A stretch of DNA of 24,195 bases from assembly GCA_013265495.1 (NCBI GenBank), contig MU058669.1:1224234-1248428 (forward strand), read 5' to 3'. This document shows positions 20,113 to 24,195 of this stretch, in pieces; the first letter of the stretch is position 1; each line of letters begins with the position of its first letter. The position numbers were made by a program, and so were the translations under genes. Source of the stretch: Vicugna vicugna (Eukaryota). The notes under the pieces are model-generated. The model had not been told where the DNA came from. It searched no databases and worked only from the letters and a program-made list of their open reading frames with translations.

Positions 20113-20800
20113 ACTCTTTTCTCACAAATACACATTAAACTGCACTCTGGACATTGGTCTATGTAAACATTGGGGATTCAGGAGAGAATTACATATAGAT
20201 AACTAGCTCTCGTATAGTTTAAATTTTAATAAGAGGGAGAAAATAAAGACATAAAAATAAAGTGAAATATACAAACCAGTATAGTTGCTGTAAATAATAC
20301 AAAAAAGGGGAAAAATGAGTTAAGCTAATCATGTAAAAATTTGAGAGAAGGATGTTCTAGACAGAGAGACAAGCAGTTAGCCCCAGAGCTAAAACCCAAC
20401 TTGGCACATTGGCAGAAGAGAAAGAAGGCCATTGTGGCTGGAGCAGAGTGAACGCTGGATCTGTGAAGGGGACGACTGAGGAGGGCAAAGAGGTGACTAA
20501 AAGGACTGATGTTGTGGGGCTCTCAGGGCCATTGTCAAGATTTAAAACAATTCTAATTGGGAAACCCCTGGGAGAGTTAAGAAGAAGCATGATTCGAACA
20601 TTTTTATATTTTATATTGTAAATGTTTATTTTCCTTTTAAAAAGTGTATTCTGGTTTATGTGTGGAGGATAAGCTTTAGTGGGTGGTGATATTGCAGAGA
20701 GGAGATCTTTCATGGGCTATTACAGTGTTTCAGGAGAGAGATGATGATGATGACCTGGACCAGGTGAGAACAGTGGAGACAGATGTAGATGGACTTGGCA
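20113..20800 (-). mobile_element. L2 LINE fragment
   Basis: gaaggccattgtggctggagcagagtga, gggctattacagtgtttcaggagagagatgatg and cctggaccaggtg are hallmark reverse-complement L2a motifs. Confidence 0.85.
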
Positions 20801-21149
20801 TCCTGAAGGGCTGCTGCTGTATGCAGCTGGGAGGAAGGCAAACAGCACACATTCTGCAGTGTCTGTGAATGACCCCTCCTGGACCCCAAGTCCGTTGTGT
20901 ATGAGGAAGTCCATCTCCCTTTATAATCAAACAATAGTATTTCAAGACTTGAAAGATACCTACATTATTATTTAGCCGATTCCCTAGAAATCGATATTTG
21001 GCCCTAATAAATTTTAACTTTTAAAATGCTTTTTATTGTTGCAATACATCGAGAACTTTAGGGATTCTAAAATGATTATATAAAATGTTTATTGCTTCTT
21101 CCGGCTTTGCAGCATCTGCAGATTTGATTCACATGCAATCAATGTCCTT

Positions 21150-21320
21150 ATCCAACTCAGGCCTAAAAATATTTCCTGGGACTTGATTGAGGACAGGGCT
21201 GTGGGGCAAGAATTCTGGAGTCTGCTCTCCTATTAGACACCAGAGCACTAATCTGCACTCTAATTATGGTGATTTACTTGGTTTAAAATCCCATTAAATA
21301 TACCATTGTTAGTCCTTCCT
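21150..21320 (-). mobile_element. CR1/L3 LINE remnant (RT region)
   Basis: gaggacagggctgtggggc...ctggagtctgctctcctattagacacc...actaatctgcactct...aatcccattaaatataccattgttagtcc resembles the reverse-complement L3 ORF2. Very degraded. Confidence 0.45.
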
Positions 21321-21990
21321 ACGGAGGGAAACTTTAAGCATTAGAGTTCAATTCTAGGAGATATATATTTGGTCAGACAGGCCCTTTATGCTCCTTATTT
21401 TACACCATGCAGGCAACCCTTTCAATCTTATACAACAGTATCTCAACTCATTGTTTTGTACATAATTTCTAGTCTAGGGCTAGGGTGAACCAAAAGGGAA
21501 TCAAGAATTTGGAAAGTGAAGAGCTTAAAGTAAAATTCACTTTATTTATTTCTTTGCTGTGCTGTGAGAATATTAAATCTCTTTTTTAGATTGACTGCTA
21601 GGAAGTTGAAAGACTGTATTAATTTAGATTTCAGGGATGTTATTTCTGCTTTATATGTATGGTGTTTGCTAACCTCTTTTCTATAAACTTTTTTTCACTA
21701 ATACCTTTTATGGTAATTCACTTCAAAATGTTTTATACATGCCTGATACTTCTAGTTTTACAACTAATGTGTCACTCAAAATGTGTGTGCTTAAAAGTTA
21801 ACCCGTGTTTATGACATGCATGATTTTATTCTCCAGAAGTGAAATTGATAAAATTTTAATCTTACTGTAGTTTTAAAGAGATAAAATCCTAACATTTCTT
21901 TAATATCTCCAAAGATTGAATTTAATAGTCCTAATTCCTAGTCAACTACAGCTAAGGGCAAGGTGGCCTTCCAAATGGCCAAGGGCATAG

Positions 21991-22020
21991 GTGTGTATGA
22001 GTGTGTGTGTATGTGTGTGT
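21991..22020 (+). repeat. (TG)n degenerate microsatellite
   Basis: Directly visible. Confidence 0.85.
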
Positions 22021-22659
22021 CCTCACCATGTGTTTCAAACAGGCTTCACCGATGACTGCATTATCTTGAAACATTGCTTATTATCTGATGTATGATTCAG
22101 CACTCAAAAGCTGGATTAGAGCTGCCGATATATAATGCTTAAAACTGTGGATTGTTGGAAAAGTGAACTAATAAGAGACAAGGGCAGCCTGTTAAATATG
22201 AATTAAAATATACTCATCATGAATGACAGTGCTTCACACATTGGAAGAATGATCGTTTGCCTCTGAGTCTTCATTTTCAGCAGCTGCCATGTGACAGAGA
22301 AGTTAGCAGCCCCAGAGAGTTAACAAGTTACACAGTCCCAAGCTTCCCCCCCACTTTATGGATAGGAATCTGCTTCCAGCATCTCCTCCATAACTCTAGG
22401 CGCTGAAAGCTCAGGCTGTCTGCTGTTGGAAGGATGTGATGACATGGGGACTACAGAGCACTTAGGTGGGGGATGGTGCATAGTGAGTGATCAGTACACA
22501 CTGGCCATTATGTTGCTATGATACTACCTTCTCCATTCCTCAGATGACATGGTTTTGAGAGTGCCCTCACCGCCCTGGCTGGCTGGCTCTCTTCTGCACG
22601 ACTGCTTACTGAATTGGGCACTTCATTTGACACCTTTCAGCCTCTTGGACTTACTTCTG

Positions 22660-23113
22660 GACTCCAGCCACGGTGAATACACATGGTTCTGCCCAGACTT
22701 TGACTCACTTCCTGCTGACCAAACTTCATTCAGAGTTGCACTGTGTCTCTCCCTTCCTGTTTTGGGGCTTCTCTGATGCTGCTGAGTCCCCAGGAAACTG
22801 CTTGGCACTTGTACAGGTGTCATCCAAAAGTGTAGGGCTGATACATGTACGGTGCCATTTGTGACCAATGGGGAGGCAGGAGCCATGGATGGATGTCAAG
22901 GTTCTCCATTTTACCTCTCATGTGATGGTTCTCAGAACTGCTCCTAAGAGTTGATCTGGTAACCCTTTGCTTGCCCTGGTGGCCCACTTACTAACCCTTT
23001 TCCTCTTACTGGTTTTTCCTCTTTCCCTATTCACTCCTCTGTGCCTCGATACATATCTCAGTTCAAGTCTTTGTCTCAAGGGCTCCTTTCAGACGGCATC
23101 TAGGAGAAGAAGA
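22660..23113 (+). mobile_element. ERVL solo LTR (LTR16-like)
   Basis: tgaccaatggggaggcaggagccatggat...tactggtttttcctctttccctattcactc...caagtctttgtctcaagggctcctttc matches the LTR16 layout. 5' boundary uncertain. Confidence 0.7.
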
Positions 23114-23335
23114 TTATGTGCAGAATACTTCTAGGCAGATTATCCAGGAAAATGTTCATTCACTCATTCAAAAGATGTTCAGTGAGTAGTTATTCTATGA
23201 GTAAAACTAAGACAAGTATGGTCTTTTTATCTTCTGATCTTTTGTAGCATTTATCATTAAAGGTACAGTTTAGGAGATAGTTATACATTATCCCGTGTAT
23301 CTGATGTTACTTCGTATTTGTCAGTTATGTAACAA

Positions 23336-23525
23336 AAATAATAGTTAATTTATTCAACACTGATTATGTCTGAAGTACTTTCCATGCGTTAACTTGTTTA
23401 ATTCTAAAAGCTACCCTATTAAGTGGCTGCTATTATCCCAATATTAGAGAAGATGGAAATGAGGCTAAAGAGATTAAATCACAGGCACTAAGTCAAATCT
23501 CTAGTAAAGTAGCTGGCCTGAGACA
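23336..23525 (-). mobile_element. MIR SINE
   Basis: accctattaagtggctgctattatcccaatattagagaagatggaaatgaggctaaagagattaaa is the reverse-complement MIR core. Confidence 0.75.
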
Positions 23526-23531
23526 CAACAC

Positions 23532-24195
23532 TTTTTCTTTTTTAACATTTTTTATTGATTTATAATCATTTTACAATGTTGTGTCAAATTCCAGTGTAGA
23601 GCACAATTTTTCAGTTATACATGAACATATGTATATTCATTGTCACATTTTTTTCTCTATGAGCTACCACAAGATCTTGTGTATATTTCCCTGTGCTCTA
23701 CAGTATAATCTTGTTTATATGTTCTACAATTTTGAAATCCCATCTTTCCCTTCCCACCCTCTGCCCACTTGGCAACCACAAGTTTGTATTCTGTGTCTAT
23801 GAGTCTGTTTCTGTTTTGTATTTATGCATTGTTTGCTTGTTTTTGTTTTTTTTAGATTCCACATATAAGCGATCTCACATGGTATTTTTCTTTCTCATTC
23901 TGGCTTACTTCACTTAGAATGACATTGTCCAGGAGCATCCATGTTGCTGCAAATGGCGTTATGTTGTCAGTTTTTATGGCTGAGTAGTATTCCATTGTAT
24001 AAATATACCACTTCTTCTTTATCCAGTCATCCATTGATGGACATTTAGGCTGTCTCCATGTTCTGGCTATTGTAAATAATGCTGCTATAAACATTGGGGT
24101 ACAGGTGTCATCCTGAAGTAGGGTTCCTTCTGGATATATGCCCAGGAGTGGGATTCCTGGGTCATACGATAAGTCCATTCCTAGTCTTCTGAGGA
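23532..24195 (-). mobile_element. Young L1 3' end (ORF2 C-terminus, 3' UTR and polyA), running off the window edge
   Basis: ORF 23852..24178(-) DLSYDPGIPLLGIYP...MFIAALFTIARTWRQPKCPS...WYIYTMEYYSAIK...FAATWM...VILSEVSQ..KEKYH..SLICGI* is the L1 ORF2p C-terminus with its native stop. The frame stays open to the window end. Same subfamily as 3947-4547. Confidence 0.97.

Noticed and set aside
23521..23536. Similar agacac(a)acactttt sequence next to the polyT of both young L1s, suggesting a shared 3' transduction or target specificity
   Set aside because: At 3935-3946 the sequence is explained by the MLT1A end and is duplicated as a TSD. At 23521 it belongs to a MIR flank. The match is short and likely coincidental.
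1..24195. The many 60-141 aa ORFs in the six-frame track as protein-coding genes
   Set aside because: None resembles a known protein except the L1 ORF2p remnants. Many start at non-ATG codons or lie in repeats (e.g. 17307..17717 spans MER20), and their lengths are as expected by chance.
1..24195. CRISPR arrays, operons, tRNA/rRNA genes or horizontally acquired DNA
   Set aside because: No regularly spaced repeats, long ORFs or structured RNA signatures seen. The whole window is consistent with CpG-depleted mammalian DNA.

Overview
Eutherian mammalian genomic DNA, intronic or intergenic. I can support no protein-coding exon, RNA gene or prokaryotic system. More than half of the window is recognisable transposable-element sequence. 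Ancient classes include MIR SINEs, L2 and CR1/L3 LINEs, MER5A/MER20 DNA transposons and MaLR/ERVL solo LTRs. Younger insertions include an ERV1-class (MER41-like) solo LTR with an exact 4-bp target-site duplication (TSD) and four L1 3' ends, two with visible TSDs. The L1 3' UTR sequences, together with the absence of Alu, B1/B2, Bov-tA/BovB, PRE1 or SINEC, suggest a camelid-like artiodactyl (inference from recall, no search). The only ORF-track entries with recognisable protein content are L1 ORF2p C-terminal remnants. The most interesting signals lie in the repeat-free islands: a candidate 18-nt minus-strand microexon with a full set of splice signals (8952-8969), a CpG-retaining element with two divergent TATAAAG boxes and a strong minus-strand donor (7258-7565), a second TATA-plus-donor module (16489-16600), and a cluster of three STAT motifs in an LTR-like segment (8114-8201). 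I do not recognise the host gene and cannot claim a novel biological system. These are testable hypotheses. Repeat subfamily names come from memory of consensus sequences, and most boundaries are approximate.
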